Source: Acidimicrobiia bacterium
Lineage (GTDB): Bacteria > Actinomycetota > Acidimicrobiia > Spongiisociales > JAENVV01
Assembly (NCBI GenBank): GCA_041635475.1
Contig: JBFKVA010000003.1
Coordinates: forward strand, 18,142 to 82,141
Direction of reading: 5' to 3'
DNA length: 64,000 nt
Within the stretch, counting starts at the first letter, position 1, and each line of letters opens with the position of its first letter. Shown here in pieces: positions 49,231 through 58,814 of this stretch. The notes beneath the pieces are model-generated. The model worked only from the letters and a program-made list of their open reading frames with translations. It did no database searches and was not told the origin of the DNA. Both the position numbers and the translations under genes were made by a program.

Positions 49231-52035
49231 TCAGTCTTCGTACGCCCCCACCGGCGGACACGAGCACACGAGGTTGCGGTCGCCGTAGCCACCGTCGATC
49301 CGACCGACCGGCGGCCAGTACTTCGACGAGCGGACACCCCCCGGGTAGGCGGCCTGTTCCCGCGAGTAGGGACGATCCCAGTCCTCACCAAGCAGGTCGT
49401 GGGCCGGGTGCGGAGCGTGGGCCAGGGCGGAGTCGGCGTGGGGAATGCGCCCGGAAGCCACCTCGTCGATCTCGGCCCGGATAGCCAGCATCGCCTCGCA
49501 GAACCGGTCGAGCTCCTCGAGGGGTTCCGACTCGGTTGGCTCCACCATGAGCGTTCCCGCCACCGGGAAACTCATCGTCGGCGCGTGGAAGCCGTAGTCG
49601 ATGAGTCGTTTGGCGACGTCCTCGACCGTCACCCCGGTTCGCTCGGTGATCGGCCGGAGATCGAGGATGCACTCGTGGGCCACGAATCCGCCCTCCCCCC
49701 GGTAGAGGACGTCGAAGGAGTCACCCAGCCGAGCAGCCACGTAGTTGGCCGACAGGATCGCCACCTCGGAGGCGAGACGGAGCCCGGACGGACCCATCAT
49801 CCGGAGGTACATCCAGGAGATCGGGAGGATGCCCGCCGAGCCGAAGGGTGCTGACGCCACGGCCCCCACGTCGCTGTCTCCTCCGTCGAGGGCTCGATGG
49901 CCGGGCAGGAACGGGGCCAGGTGGTCGCGCACGCCGATCGGGCCGACCCCCGGGCCGCCCCCGCCGTGGGGGATGGTGAACGTCTTGTGGAGGTTGAGGT
50001 GGGAGACGTCTGCCCCGAACCGTCCGGGACGGGCCAGCCCGACCATGGCGTTGAGGTTGGCCCCGTCGAGGTACACCTGGCCCCCGGCGGCGTGCACGAT
50101 CGAGCAGATCTCGGTGATGGACGCCTCGAACACGCCATGGGTGGAGGGGTACGTGACCATGAGGGCCCCCAGCGACGGCCCGTGCTCGGCCACCTTTGCC
50201 CGCAGGTCGTCGAGGTCCACGTTGCCCGAGGGGTCGCACCCGACCACCACGACCCGCATGCCGGCCAGAGTGGCCGAAGCCGGGTTGGTGCCGTGGGCTG
50301 ATGCCGGGATGAGGCACACGTCGCGATGACCCTCCCCCCGCGAGCGGTGGAAGGCGCGGATCGCCAGGAGGCCCGCGTACTCGCCTTGGGAGCCGGCGTT
50401 GGGCTGGAGCGAGACGGCGTCGTATCCGGTGATCTCCACGAGCCACGACTCGAGGTCGTCGATGAGCCGGGCGTAGCCCTCCCACTGGTCGGCGGGAGCG
50501 AACGGGTGGAGGTTGGCGAACTCACCCCAGCTGATCGGCTCCATGGCGGCGGTCGGGTTGAGCTTCATGGTGCACGACCCGAGCGGGATCATCGAACGGT
50601 CCAGGGCAACATCCAGGTCGGAGAGGCGACGCAGGTACCGCAGCATCTCCGTCTCCGACCGGTGGTCGGAGAACACCGGGTGCGTCATGAACGCCGACGT
50701 GCGCGCCAGCTCGGACGGCAGACCCGGCGACGGCGTCTCGGCCAACTCCGTCCCGAAGACCTCGGCCACCAGTTCAAGGATCGCCTCGGTCGTCGTCTCG
50801 TCGACGCTCAGCCCCACGGTGTCAGGACCCAGGTCGCGCAGGTTGAGTCCCCGGGCCGTGGCCGCGGCGTGGATGTCGACCGCCCGACCGGGGACACGTA
50901 CCGTGAGCGTGTCGAAGAACGACTCGTTGACACCGAACCCGGCAGCCACCAGGGACGCGTGGAGCCGCCCGGCGGATCGGTGGATGGCCCGGGCGATCGC
51001 GACGAGTCCCTCGGGCCCGTGGTACACGCCGTACATCGCGGCGACGACCGCCAGGAGCACCTGGGCGGTACAGATGTTGGAGGTGGCCTTCTCCCGACGG
51101 ATGTGCTGCTCCCGGGTCTGCAGGGCGAGTCGGTGGGCTGGGCGCCCTCCGGAGTCGATGCTCACGCCCACCAGGCGACCGGGCAACGACCGCCGCAGCC
51201 CGTGGGGGACCGACATGAAGGCGGCGTGGGGGCCGCCGAACCCCATCGGGACCCCGAAACGCTGGGCCGAGCCGACGACGACATCGGCTCCGGCCTCCCC
51301 CGGCGGGACCAGGAGCGTGAGGGCGAGCGGATCAGCGGCAACGGCCACGAGCACGCCCGCGGCATGGGCGCGCTCGATGATCGGTACGAGGCTGCGGACG
51401 GTCCCCGACGCCCCCGGGTACTGGACGAACAGGCCGAAGTAGGAAGCGTCCACGCCGGTCGGGTCGCCGATCACGACCTCGAGACCCAACGACTCCGCTC
51501 TCGTCTCCACGACCTCGATGGTCTGCGGGAACGAGTCGGCATCGACAAGGAATCTGTCACCCATCGCCCCCTTCGACGCCCGATGGAGGAGGGTCATGGC
51601 TTCGGCCGCGGCGGTCCCCTCGTCGAGGAGCGACGCGTTCGTGATCGCCATTCCGGTGAGGTCGCTCATCATCGTCTGGAAGTTGAGAAGGGCCTCGAGG
51701 CGGCCCTGTGAGATCTCCGGCTGGTAGGGCGTGTAGGCGGTGTACCACGCCGGGTCTTCGAGGACGTTACGGCGGATGACCGGCGGGGTGACGGTCCCGT
51801 AGTAGCCCTGCCCGATGAGGCTCGTGTTCACGACGTTCATGTCCGCCAGGGAGGCGAGTTCGGCGAGCGCGAGGTGCTCGTCGATCCCCTCGGGAATCAA
51901 CAGCTCCGAGTCGCGGATCCCCGGGGGAATCGTTCGATCGATGAGGTCGGCCATCGACTCGGCGCCGACGGTTTCGAGCATCGACTCGAGCTCGCCGGGA
52001 CGTGGTCCGATGTGGCGGGATGGGAACTGGGTCAT
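49231..52035 (-). CDS. gcvP: glycine dehydrogenase (decarboxylating), glycine cleavage P protein
   Basis: 934-aa single-chain P protein. N-terminus [11 protein letters not shown]. Confidence 0.93.
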   Translation of the reverse strand: MTQFPSRHIGPRPGELESMLETVGAESMADLIDRTIPPGIRDSELLIPEGIDEHLALAELASLADMNVVNTSLIGQGYYGTVTPPVIRRNVLEDPAWYTAYTPYQPEISQGRLEALLNFQTMMSDLTGMAITNASLLDEGTAAAEAMTLLHRASKGAMGDRFLVDADSFPQTIEVVETRAESLGLEVVIGDPTGVDASYFGLFVQYPGASGTVRSLVPIIERAHAAGVLVAVAADPLALTLLVPPGEAGADVVVGSAQRFGVPMGFGGPHAAFMSVPHGLRRSLPGRLVGVSIDSGGRPAHRLALQTREQHIRREKATSNICTAQVLLAVVAAMYGVYHGPEGLVAIARAIHRSAGRLHASLVAAGFGVNESFFDTLTVRVPGRAVDIHAAATARGLNLRDLGPDTVGLSVDETTTEAILELVAEVFGTELAETPSPGLPSELARTSAFMTHPVFSDHRSETEMLRYLRRLSDLDVALDRSMIPLGSCTMKLNPTAAMEPISWGEFANLHPFAPADQWEGYARLIDDLESWLVEITGYDAVSLQPNAGSQGEYAGLLAIRAFHRSRGEGHRDVCLIPASAHGTNPASATLAGMRVVVVGCDPSGNVDLDDLRAKVAEHGPSLGALMVTYPSTHGVFEASITEICSIVHAAGGQVYLDGANLNAMVGLARPGRFGADVSHLNLHKTFTIPHGGGGPGVGPIGVRDHLAPFLPGHRALDGGDSDVGAVASAPFGSAGILPISWMYLRMMGPSGLRLASEVAILSANYVAARLGDSFDVLYRGEGGFVAHECILDLRPITERTGVTVEDVAKRLIDYGFHAPTMSFPVAGTLMVEPTESEPLEELDRFCEAMLAIRAEIDEVASGRIPHADSALAHAPHPAHDLLGEDWDRPYSREQAAYPGGVRSSKYWPPVGRIDGGYGDRNLVCSCPPVGAYED

Positions 52036-53132
52036 CGTGCGTACCTATGGGGGACGAAGGGGAGTTCAACGATCTCGACGGGGACGTCCTTGCCGCGCTG
52101 GGAGGCGACGAGCCGGGTTCCGGTCGCGGCGTCTGCCGTCGGCACATACCCCATGCCGATGGCCCGGTCGACCGAGGGTCCGAAGGTGCCGGAGGTGACC
52201 ACCCCCACCTCGGTGCCGTCGGCCCGGTGGAGTGTGGCTCCTTCCCGCACCGGACGGCGGCCGCCCACGAAACCCACCCGGACCCGCTCGGTCCCGTTCT
52301 CGATTTGGTCCAGGATGACGTGCGCCCCGGCGAACCCCCCCTCCTGGCGGCGGCGCCGGTGGATCGCCCAGGTGAGCCCGGCCTCCACCGGGGTGATGTC
52401 CGGGGTGAGGTCGTGGCCGTTGAGGCAGAGCCCGGCCTCCAGGCGGAGCGAGTCGCGGGCAGCCAGTCCCACCGGCCGGACCCGTTCGTCGGCCAGGAGC
52501 AGCTTGGCCACCCGGGCACCGTCGCCGGGGCCCATGATGAGCTCGTAGCCGTCCTCGCCCGTGTAGCCGGAACGAGACGCCCACACCGAGGCGCCGTCGA
52601 CGGTGAGCAAGGCGCCGTGGGAGAAGGCAAGGGCGGCGGCCTCGGGGGCGAGGCCCGACAGCACCGCCGCCGCTTCCGGGCCCTGGAGGGCGAGGATGAC
52701 GGCGGGAATGAGGTCACTGACTTCGACATCGGCGCCAATTCGGCCCCGGAGGTGGGTGAGGTCGCTCTCCTTGGTGCCCGCGTTGACGACAAGCTGGAGG
52801 TGGTCGCCGCGGTTCGTCACCATGAGGTCGTCCAGGACACCTCCCGAATCGTCGAGGAAGAACGTGTAACGATTCCTCCCGAGGGCCAGCTCGCGGACGT
52901 TCGACGGCACGAGTCGCTCGAGGGCCTCAGCCGCGCCCTCACCGGAGATCTCGAGCACGCCCATGTGGGAAACGTCGAAGAGCCCGGCGAGGGACCGGGT
53001 GTGGAGGTGCTCGGCCGTCGGACCGGCCGGGTATCGGATCGGCATGGCGTAGCCGGCGAACTCGGCGAACCGCCCACCCAGCGCTGCGTGGAGGTCATGG
53101 AGCGGGATCCTGTGGGGCTCGGACATGGGCAC
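52032..53132 (-). CDS. gcvT: glycine cleavage system aminomethyltransferase T protein
   Basis: GcvT motifs ([23 protein letters not shown]). ATGA-coupled to gcvP. Start GTG 53132 or ATG 53126. Confidence 0.9.
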   Translation of the reverse strand: MPMSEPHRIPLHDLHAALGGRFAEFAGYAMPIRYPAGPTAEHLHTRSLAGLFDVSHMGVLEISGEGAAEALERLVPSNVRELALGRNRYTFFLDDSGGVLDDLMVTNRGDHLQLVVNAGTKESDLTHLRGRIGADVEVSDLIPAVILALQGPEAAAVLSGLAPEAAALAFSHGALLTVDGASVWASRSGYTGEDGYELIMGPGDGARVAKLLLADERVRPVGLAARDSLRLEAGLCLNGHDLTPDITPVEAGLTWAIHRRRRQEGGFAGAHVILDQIENGTERVRVGFVGGRRPVREGATLHRADGTEVGVVTSGTFGPSVDRAIGMGYVPTADAATGTRLVASQRGKDVPVEIVELPFVPHRYAR

Positions 53133-53149
53133 CTCGAACGACGTTCCTG

Positions 53150-53320
53150 TCCCCGACTGTCCTCGATACCTGAGAGTTTCACGCTCCGGCGCTTACTCCT
53201 TCGGCGGGCTGCACGCAGCCGCTTTCCAGCCTGGCCTCACCATCGCGGTCCGGGTGCCTGAGAGATTCCGGGTCGTTGCTCCTTCGGCGCCGATCAGTGA
53301 TCGGTCTCTCCCGCGGGGCG
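53150..53320 (-). promoter_or_regulatory. tandem glycine riboswitch (two aptamers) in gcvT leader
   Basis: Minus-strand reads GCGGGAGAG...GCGCCGAAGGAGCAA...CTCTCAGGCA (aptamer 1), then CTGGAAAGC...CCGAAGGAGTAAG...GAAACTCTCAGGTATCGAGGACAG (aptamer 2), ending about 25 nt before the gcvT RBS AGGAAC. Confidence 0.8.
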
Positions 53321-53672
53321 AATCGGCCAACCCGAATGCTAGTGGTGGGAGCGAGTCGTCGGCTCCCGTCTTCACCCGCCGATGTAGCTCGCCGCCAGCG
53401 CGACCGCTGATTCCCTCGGTCGGACACTCGGTGGGTCGGTGATCCTCTCCGCGACCCCGACCCCGATGGGCCCGTTCGCAGTCCTGACCGACCCCTCCGA
53501 GGCCGCGTTCCAGATCATGGAGATCTCCACGCCTCCAGAGCCGCCCGACCACCGACACAGCTCACCATCGGACGGGCAGACACCGACCTCGACGCCATCG
53601 GTTCGCTGCCGTGGCGGGTGACACGTGCCGATCAAAGCGCAGCCGCTCGGTCAGCCGACACACGCCGCTGCC

Positions 53673-54254
53673 TCACACGGTGGTTCTCATCATCGGTTTG
53701 TGTTCGGCTCGCCGTTGCACCACCTCGAAGCCCATACGGTCGAACGTCGAAGCCAGACCGGTGTACACGACCGAATCCGATTTCGTGATGTCGGTGTCCC
53801 ATGGGTAGCCCTCGACGACTCGGCCACCCTGTTCCCGCACGAAGTCGATCGCCGCCGCGATCAGCACCGCCGTCAGACCCTTGCCGCGATGAGCCGGTCT
53901 CACCACGAAGCAGGCCAACGACCAGACACCATCGATGTCGAGATCGGTCTTGAAGTATCGGGAGTTCGCCAGGCCGGGCAACGACGTCCTGGGCATGACC
54001 CGACACCATGCCAATGGGTCCTCGTCGTCGTACGCCAGCAGGCCTGGTGGCGGACCCGCATCGACGAGATCGCGAAACGCCTGCCGGTTCGAGGCGCGAC
54101 TCCCACCCTCGCAGCCTGCGCCCCAGGCCGCGCTACTCGGACACGTCCAATACATGCACCAACACCCCCCGATCCCACCGTTGCCGACAACTGCGACGAA
54201 GTCATCGAACCGGTCGGGCGTCAGCGGCTCGACGCGATAGCCCTGCACGATCAT
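53673..54254 (-). CDS. GNAT-family N-acetyltransferase
   Basis: Acetyl-CoA binding motif region (VVRPAHRGKGLTAVLIAAAIDF). Start at ATG MIVQGY. Confidence 0.65.
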   Translation of the reverse strand: MIVQGYRVEPLTPDRFDDFVAVVGNGGIGGCWCMYWTCPSSAAWGAGCEGGSRASNRQAFRDLVDAGPPPGLLAYDDEDPLAWCRVMPRTSLPGLANSRYFKTDLDIDGVWSLACFVVRPAHRGKGLTAVLIAAAIDFVREQGGRVVEGYPWDTDITKSDSVVYTGLASTFDRMGFEVVQRRAEHKPMMRTTV

Positions 54255-54396
54255 GGCGACACCTCCACCCCCGATGCTACGAATCCAAGATCGCCCCGTT
54301 TGGAGAACGACGTCCCCAACCACCCCCGATGCCCGCAGGCACGGTGCGCTTCCGCAGAGCGCTCACCGACCGCCCATCACGAGCTCCGAGGGGGCC

Positions 54397-55401
54397 CTAG
54401 CCGCCGATGTAGCTCATCTCGACCCGCTGCCACCCGGGGGTGGCGGCCGACCGGATCTCGGAGTACCGGTCGGCGCGCTGGCGCCATGTCGCCGCCATGA
54501 GCGCGGCCAGCTCATCGTCGGTCGCCCCCGATCGGAGGGGAGTTCGTAGATCGAGGCCGTCCCCGGCGAAGAGGCACGTGTAGAGCCGGCCCTCCGCACT
54601 CAGGCGAAGGCGGGTGCACGAGCCGCAGAACGGCTGTGTCACCGACCCGATCACCCCAATCTCACCGGCTCCGTCCCGGTACTCGAACCGGGTGGCCACC
54701 TCACCCGGGTAGCTGGGCGGCACGGCGATGAGCGGCCACCGAGCATCGATCGTCGCGACGATCTCGGCTGCGCTCACCACGTCATCCAGGCGCCACCCGT
54801 TCGACATCCCGACGTCCATGTACTCGATGAACCGCACGATGTGGCCAGTGCCGCGGAAGTGCCCGGCCAGGTCGGCCACCGTGTGGTCGTTGACCCCCCG
54901 CTTGACAACGGCGTTGATCTTGACCGGGCCCAGGCCCACCTCGGCGGCGACGTCGATGGCCTCGAGGACGGCTGACACCGGGAAGTCGGCATCGTTCATG
55001 GCCCGGAAGACGGCCTCGTCGATGGAGTCGAGCGAGACGGTGAGGCGATTGAGGCCGGCGTCCTTCAATTGCTGAGCCCGCCGGGCGAGTGTCGACGCGT
55101 TCGTCGTGAGCGCGAGGTCGTCGATGCCGTCGATTCGGGCGAGCATCCCCACGAGTCGATGCACGTCCCGTCTCAGCAATGGCTCCCCCCCGGTGAGGCG
55201 GATCTTGGTGACCCCGAGCCCGGCGGCAGCCGTGGCAACCCTGTCGACCTCCTCGAACGTCAGGAGATCTGCGTGGGAGAGGTACACCCACTCGTGGTCG
55301 AACACCTCCCGCGGCATGCAGTACCGACAGCGGAAGTTGCAGCGGTCGGTGACCGAGATCCGAAGATCCCTGACTGGACGGCCCAGGGTGTCGAGCGTCA
55401 T
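54397..55401 (-). CDS. moaA: GTP 3',8-cyclase (molybdenum cofactor biosynthesis protein A, radical SAM)
   Basis: CNFRCRYC radical-SAM cluster, C-terminal CGSCTRLRLSAEG second cluster. 334 aa from ATG MTLDTL. Confidence 0.9.
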   Translation of the reverse strand: MTLDTLGRPVRDLRISVTDRCNFRCRYCMPREVFDHEWVYLSHADLLTFEEVDRVATAAAGLGVTKIRLTGGEPLLRRDVHRLVGMLARIDGIDDLALTTNASTLARRAQQLKDAGLNRLTVSLDSIDEAVFRAMNDADFPVSAVLEAIDVAAEVGLGPVKINAVVKRGVNDHTVADLAGHFRGTGHIVRFIEYMDVGMSNGWRLDDVVSAAEIVATIDARWPLIAVPPSYPGEVATRFEYRDGAGEIGVIGSVTQPFCGSCTRLRLSAEGRLYTCLFAGDGLDLRTPLRSGATDDELAALMAATWRQRADRYSEIRSAATPGWQRVEMSYIGG

Positions 55402-55447
55402 GACAGACGAGGGTACTGCCCTATCCGATCGATTGACCACCCCAGGT

Positions 55448-55780
55448 TCAGGCCAGGTTGAGGAACATCTGCTCGATCTCCTCCGGGGAGTAGGCCTCGA
55501 CGCCCTCCTCACCCTCGTGGAGGACACAGTGACGCATCTGTGCCGCCAGGAGCCGGACCCCGGCCCGCTCCAGCGCCTTGCCGGCGGCACTCACCTGCTG
55601 CATGACCTCCCTGCAGTCCCGGCCCTCTTCCAGCATGCGGATCACCCCACCCACCTGACCTTCGACCCGGCGAAGTCGGGTCACCGCATCCTCTGAGAAC
55701 GACTGTTCGAACTTCACGAGACCTCCGATACCGGTACCCCGTATGGTATCAGGTGGTCGATCCCTGGCGCGCCGCCCCAC
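55448..55780 (-). CDS. CsoR/RcnR-family metal/persulfide-sensing transcriptional repressor (CstR-like ligand pattern)
   Basis: DUF156 core RLRRVEGQVGGVIRMLEEGRDCREVMQQVSAAGKALERAGVRLLAAQMRHC. Cys...Cys 29 residues apart, with Gln at the position of the CsoR Cu-ligand His. Start may be internal. Confidence 0.7.
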   Translation of the reverse strand: MGRRARDRPPDTIRGTGIGGLVKFEQSFSEDAVTRLRRVEGQVGGVIRMLEEGRDCREVMQQVSAAGKALERAGVRLLAAQMRHCVLHEGEEGVEAYSPEEIEQMFLNLA

Positions 55781-55798
55781 CGCCTACATGCCGCGCCG

Positions 55799-55818
55799 GC
55801 ATACACTCCCGGGGGTAT
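55799..55818. promoter_or_regulatory. CsoR-type operator-like pseudo-palindrome ATACACTCCCGGGGGTAT overlapping rhodanese start codon
   Basis: Seen in sequence. Resembles TACCC...GGGTA CsoR/CstR operators. Position approximate (+/-1 nt). Confidence 0.4.
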
Positions 55819-56113
55819 GGCGATCGTGGAACAGGTGCCGGCCGCGCAGTGGGCCCGGTGGGTCGAGTCCCGGTCCGGCGTGATGATCGACGTGCGGGAA
55901 CCGGCCGAGTGGAACCTCGGCGTCCTCCCGGGGTGCGAGGTCGTGCGTCTTGCCGACCTCCCGGCCGAGGTGGCTCGTCTCGACCGCGACGTCCCGTATC
56001 TCATCGTGTGTCGCTCCGGCAACCGCAGCAACGAGGCGGCAGCGTTCCTCACCAACCTGGGCTATCGGGCCGCCAACCTCGCGGGGGGAATGGTGGCGCT
56101 CGGTCTCGCGTGA
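55817..56113 (+). CDS. single-domain rhodanese (sulfurtransferase)
   Basis: 98 aa with active-site loop CRSGNRS. Confidence 0.8.
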   Translation: MAIVEQVPAAQWARWVESRSGVMIDVREPAEWNLGVLPGCEVVRLADLPAEVARLDRDVPYLIVCRSGNRSNEAAAFLTNLGYRAANLAGGMVALGLA

Positions 56114-56256
56114 CGGTTCCTTCACCTCTGGTGGAGGCCACAGCAGGGGGCCCGGGGTGCACTCGGGCCCCCTGCACGTTCTCCCCCCGCCGATGTCCGC
56201 CCAGGCAGGACAAGCGAAGGGGGAAAACCGGACGAGGGCCCTACCCTCCACCCGTC

Positions 56257-56988
56257 ATGCTCGACCTCGCGACGCCGCTCCAGTGGATCCTCGTCTCGTT
56301 GGTCATGTTCACGGGCGCGACCATCCAGGGCACGATCGGGTTGGGGATGGCAGTGTTCGCCGTACCCATTCTCGCCCTCATCAACCCCGGCTTCGTGCCG
56401 GTACCCATCCAACTCGTGGCCCCGGTGATCACCACCGCCTCCCTCGTCCGGGAGCGAACCCACATCGACCTCAAGGGAGCGGTGTCGATCATGATCGGCC
56501 GGGTCCCGGGGGCGGCACTCGGCGTGTGGCTCCTGGCGATCGTGAGCACCCGCGACCTCTCGTTCATCATCGGCGCGGCCGTGCTGGCGGCGGTGGTGGC
56601 GCTCAGCTCGGGGTGGAGCATTCCCCTCAACACCACGACGAAGTTCACCGGCGGGCTCCTGGCCGGCGCTCTCGGCACTTCGACCGGGATCGGCGGGCCG
56701 CCGCTGGCGATGCTCTACGCACGCAACCGCGGCCCGGAGGTCCGCTCGACCCTGGGGGCGATCTTCACGGTCGGACTCGCCATCAACATCGGTGCGCTGG
56801 CCATTGCCGGCCACATCGACCGCGACGCGCTACTTCGGGCAGCCGGCCTTGCCGTCCCGGTGCTCGCCGGTTTCTTCTCGAGCGGATGGGTGAAACACCA
56901 CTTCGACGGCGAGCGGCTCCGGGTAGGAATCCTCATCGCCTCCGCCTTCTCGGCCATCGCCCTCCTCGTCAAGGCCGCCGCCGGGTAG
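56257..56988 (+). CDS. sulfite exporter TauE/SafE family membrane protein
   Basis: Two TauE repeats with Gly-rich TM helices. 243 aa from ATG MLDLATPL. Confidence 0.78.
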   Translation: MLDLATPLQWILVSLVMFTGATIQGTIGLGMAVFAVPILALINPGFVPVPIQLVAPVITTASLVRERTHIDLKGAVSIMIGRVPGAALGVWLLAIVSTRDLSFIIGAAVLAAVVALSSGWSIPLNTTTKFTGGLLAGALGTSTGIGGPPLAMLYARNRGPEVRSTLGAIFTVGLAINIGALAIAGHIDRDALLRAAGLAVPVLAGFFSSGWVKHHFDGERLRVGILIASAFSAIALLVKAAAG

Positions 56989-57009
56989 CCCGCTCACGGC
57001 GACAGCCGG

Positions 57010-58155
57010 TCAGGCCTCGGTGTCACCCGCCGACGCGGGACGTCTCACGATCGTCGCGCCCATGGCCACGACGAGGAAGGCGGCCACGACCCAACCCCCG
57101 ATCACCGGGACCCATGCCAGGGCGGTGACCGCGACGACTCCCCGGACGTGGGCTGAGACCGGCCCCGAGGGTGATCCGAGGTACCCGCCGATCTGCATCG
57201 CCGCCGGCACCGCGCCCAGGAGCGCAGCGATGGCGATCAGGACGATTGCTGACAGCGCGAGGACGGCGGTCACGACCCCCAGGACCACCGCCCCCTCTCC
57301 CGACGATGCGGCGGTCAGGGCCCCCAAACCCCCGATCACTGCGACTGCTCCCACCAAAGCGACCGAACCGGCCCCCACCCAGCGCCCGATCACTGGCCGT
57401 CCTCGGTGACGGTCGAGCCACGCCGGGGCCACCCACAGGACGGCCGGTCCCGCCAGGAGCCAGATCGACAGGGCCACGAGGACGCCAAGGACGCCGTACG
57501 ACCGGGCCCGGAGGGGCACCGCCGACGCGTCGGGGCTCCTGGCCCGACCCCCGATCTCGGCGGAGTCGGCGATGTCCGCCCGCCCCCGAACCACGACGTC
57601 ACCGCCGATCGTCGCCTCGCCACCCACCGTCAACGACCGCACCGATCCCTCGAGGTCCCCCACGACCACCCCCTCCACTGTGGCCCGGAACGCCCGAAGT
57701 ACGAGATCGCCGCCTATCTCCCCATCGTTGTGGGCCGCCACGACCGAAGCCCGGGCGTCGTCTGTCACCACCCCTGTCACCCGGAGTGTGCCCCCGGCCA
57801 CGATCACGTCACCGCCGACGCGGCCGTCGATGATCGTCCGCATCGACAGTGCCCGGACCGACCCCCCAACCGTCCCCCGGATCTCGATCCGGGGCGCGAC
57901 TGCGATGAGGTCACCGGCCACCGTCCCCTCGACCTCGATCACCTCGAAGGCGGTGGCCACGAGGTCGCCCTCGATGATTCCCCTGATCAAGAGCTTGTTC
58001 CCGCCCGCCAGGAGGTCGCCGGAGACGACGTCGCCGTCGCGGATGATCACGATGTCCGAAACCGCCTCCTCCACCGCGCCGGCCGGGATCGCCAAGGACA
58101 GCGCGGCAACAAGGCCGATCAGCGCAGCCACACTGGCTCGTCGGAAACGGGGCAT
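57010..58155 (-). CDS. secreted bactofilin-like (polymer-forming beta-helix, DUF583-type repeats) protein with C-terminal multi-TM region
   Basis: Signal peptide. Repeated G(D/G)(L/V) beta-helix rungs (GDVVSGDL, GDLVAT, GDLIAV, GGSVRA, GGDVIVAGG...). 4-5 C-terminal TM helices. Confidence 0.55.
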   Translation of the reverse strand: MPRFRRASVAALIGLVAALSLAIPAGAVEEAVSDIVIIRDGDVVSGDLLAGGNKLLIRGIIEGDLVATAFEVIEVEGTVAGDLIAVAPRIEIRGTVGGSVRALSMRTIIDGRVGGDVIVAGGTLRVTGVVTDDARASVVAAHNDGEIGGDLVLRAFRATVEGVVVGDLEGSVRSLTVGGEATIGGDVVVRGRADIADSAEIGGRARSPDASAVPLRARSYGVLGVLVALSIWLLAGPAVLWVAPAWLDRHRGRPVIGRWVGAGSVALVGAVAVIGGLGALTAASSGEGAVVLGVVTAVLALSAIVLIAIAALLGAVPAAMQIGGYLGSPSGPVSAHVRGVVAVTALAWVPVIGGWVVAAFLVVAMGATIVRRPASAGDTEA

Positions 58156-58196
58156 CGCGCTGCAGTCTGGCAGGGGACCGAACGAACGGGCTCCGA

Positions 58197-58811
58197 CTAC
58201 GGGGCCACCACCGGGGCGAAGAACGCCCGGGCCAGCTCGATCCCAGCCGCCAGGTCGAGCACGCCCCGGGCGGCGGGGTCGCGCCCCCGCCACTCGGCGG
58301 CCGCCGCCGCGTCCCGGAGGAACACCATCTCTCGGCACAGGCTGGAGGCGGCCGGGCCGGTCGGGTCCTGGAAGTGGATCCCGACGTGGACGGCGTCGGC
58401 GACGGGTCCGGGCTGGACGACGGTGATTGGCACGCCGGTCACGGCACACACCGAGGTGACGGTCGCCTCCACCTCGAACACGGGGGCGACGGCCAGGGCA
58501 TCCACGGAGCACATGCACCCGACCGTCACGGCGCCCACGGTCACGGCATGGCCGGTGGCCTCACCGGAGAACGGGTAGGCCCCGACGATGCGTCCTTCGC
58601 GCACGACCACGGCATCGGCCGCCATGAGGGCCGCCAGCGCCTCGGCGTCCAGGTCATGGATGGCGGGAGCTCCGCCGGATTCAAGGTAGGACATGAGGAT
58701 CGAGCGGTGCACCGCCCGGGTACCGGGGTCGAGGAGTGCCAGCCGGTCACCGAGGGGGAAGGCGACTCGCAACCGGTCGAGCGCATCGGTGGCGCCGAGC
58801 GATCCGGTCAT
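58197..58811 (-). CDS. merB: organomercurial (alkylmercury) lyase MerB-like
   Basis: Aligns to MerB catalytic regions. GCMCSVDAL (Cys...Asp, compare WCALD) and TSVCAVTGVPITVV (compare SSHCAATGAPVSLTV). 204 aa. Confidence 0.65.
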   Translation of the reverse strand: MTGSLGATDALDRLRVAFPLGDRLALLDPGTRAVHRSILMSYLESGGAPAIHDLDAEALAALMAADAVVVREGRIVGAYPFSGEATGHAVTVGAVTVGCMCSVDALAVAPVFEVEATVTSVCAVTGVPITVVQPGPVADAVHVGIHFQDPTGPAASSLCREMVFLRDAAAAAEWRGRDPAARGVLDLAAGIELARAFFAPVVAP

Positions 58812-58814
58812 CGC

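Noticed and set aside
55402-55447. Moco riboswitch upstream of moaA
   Set aside because: Only 46 nt separate moaA from the upstream gene, far too short for the about 130-nt Moco aptamer.
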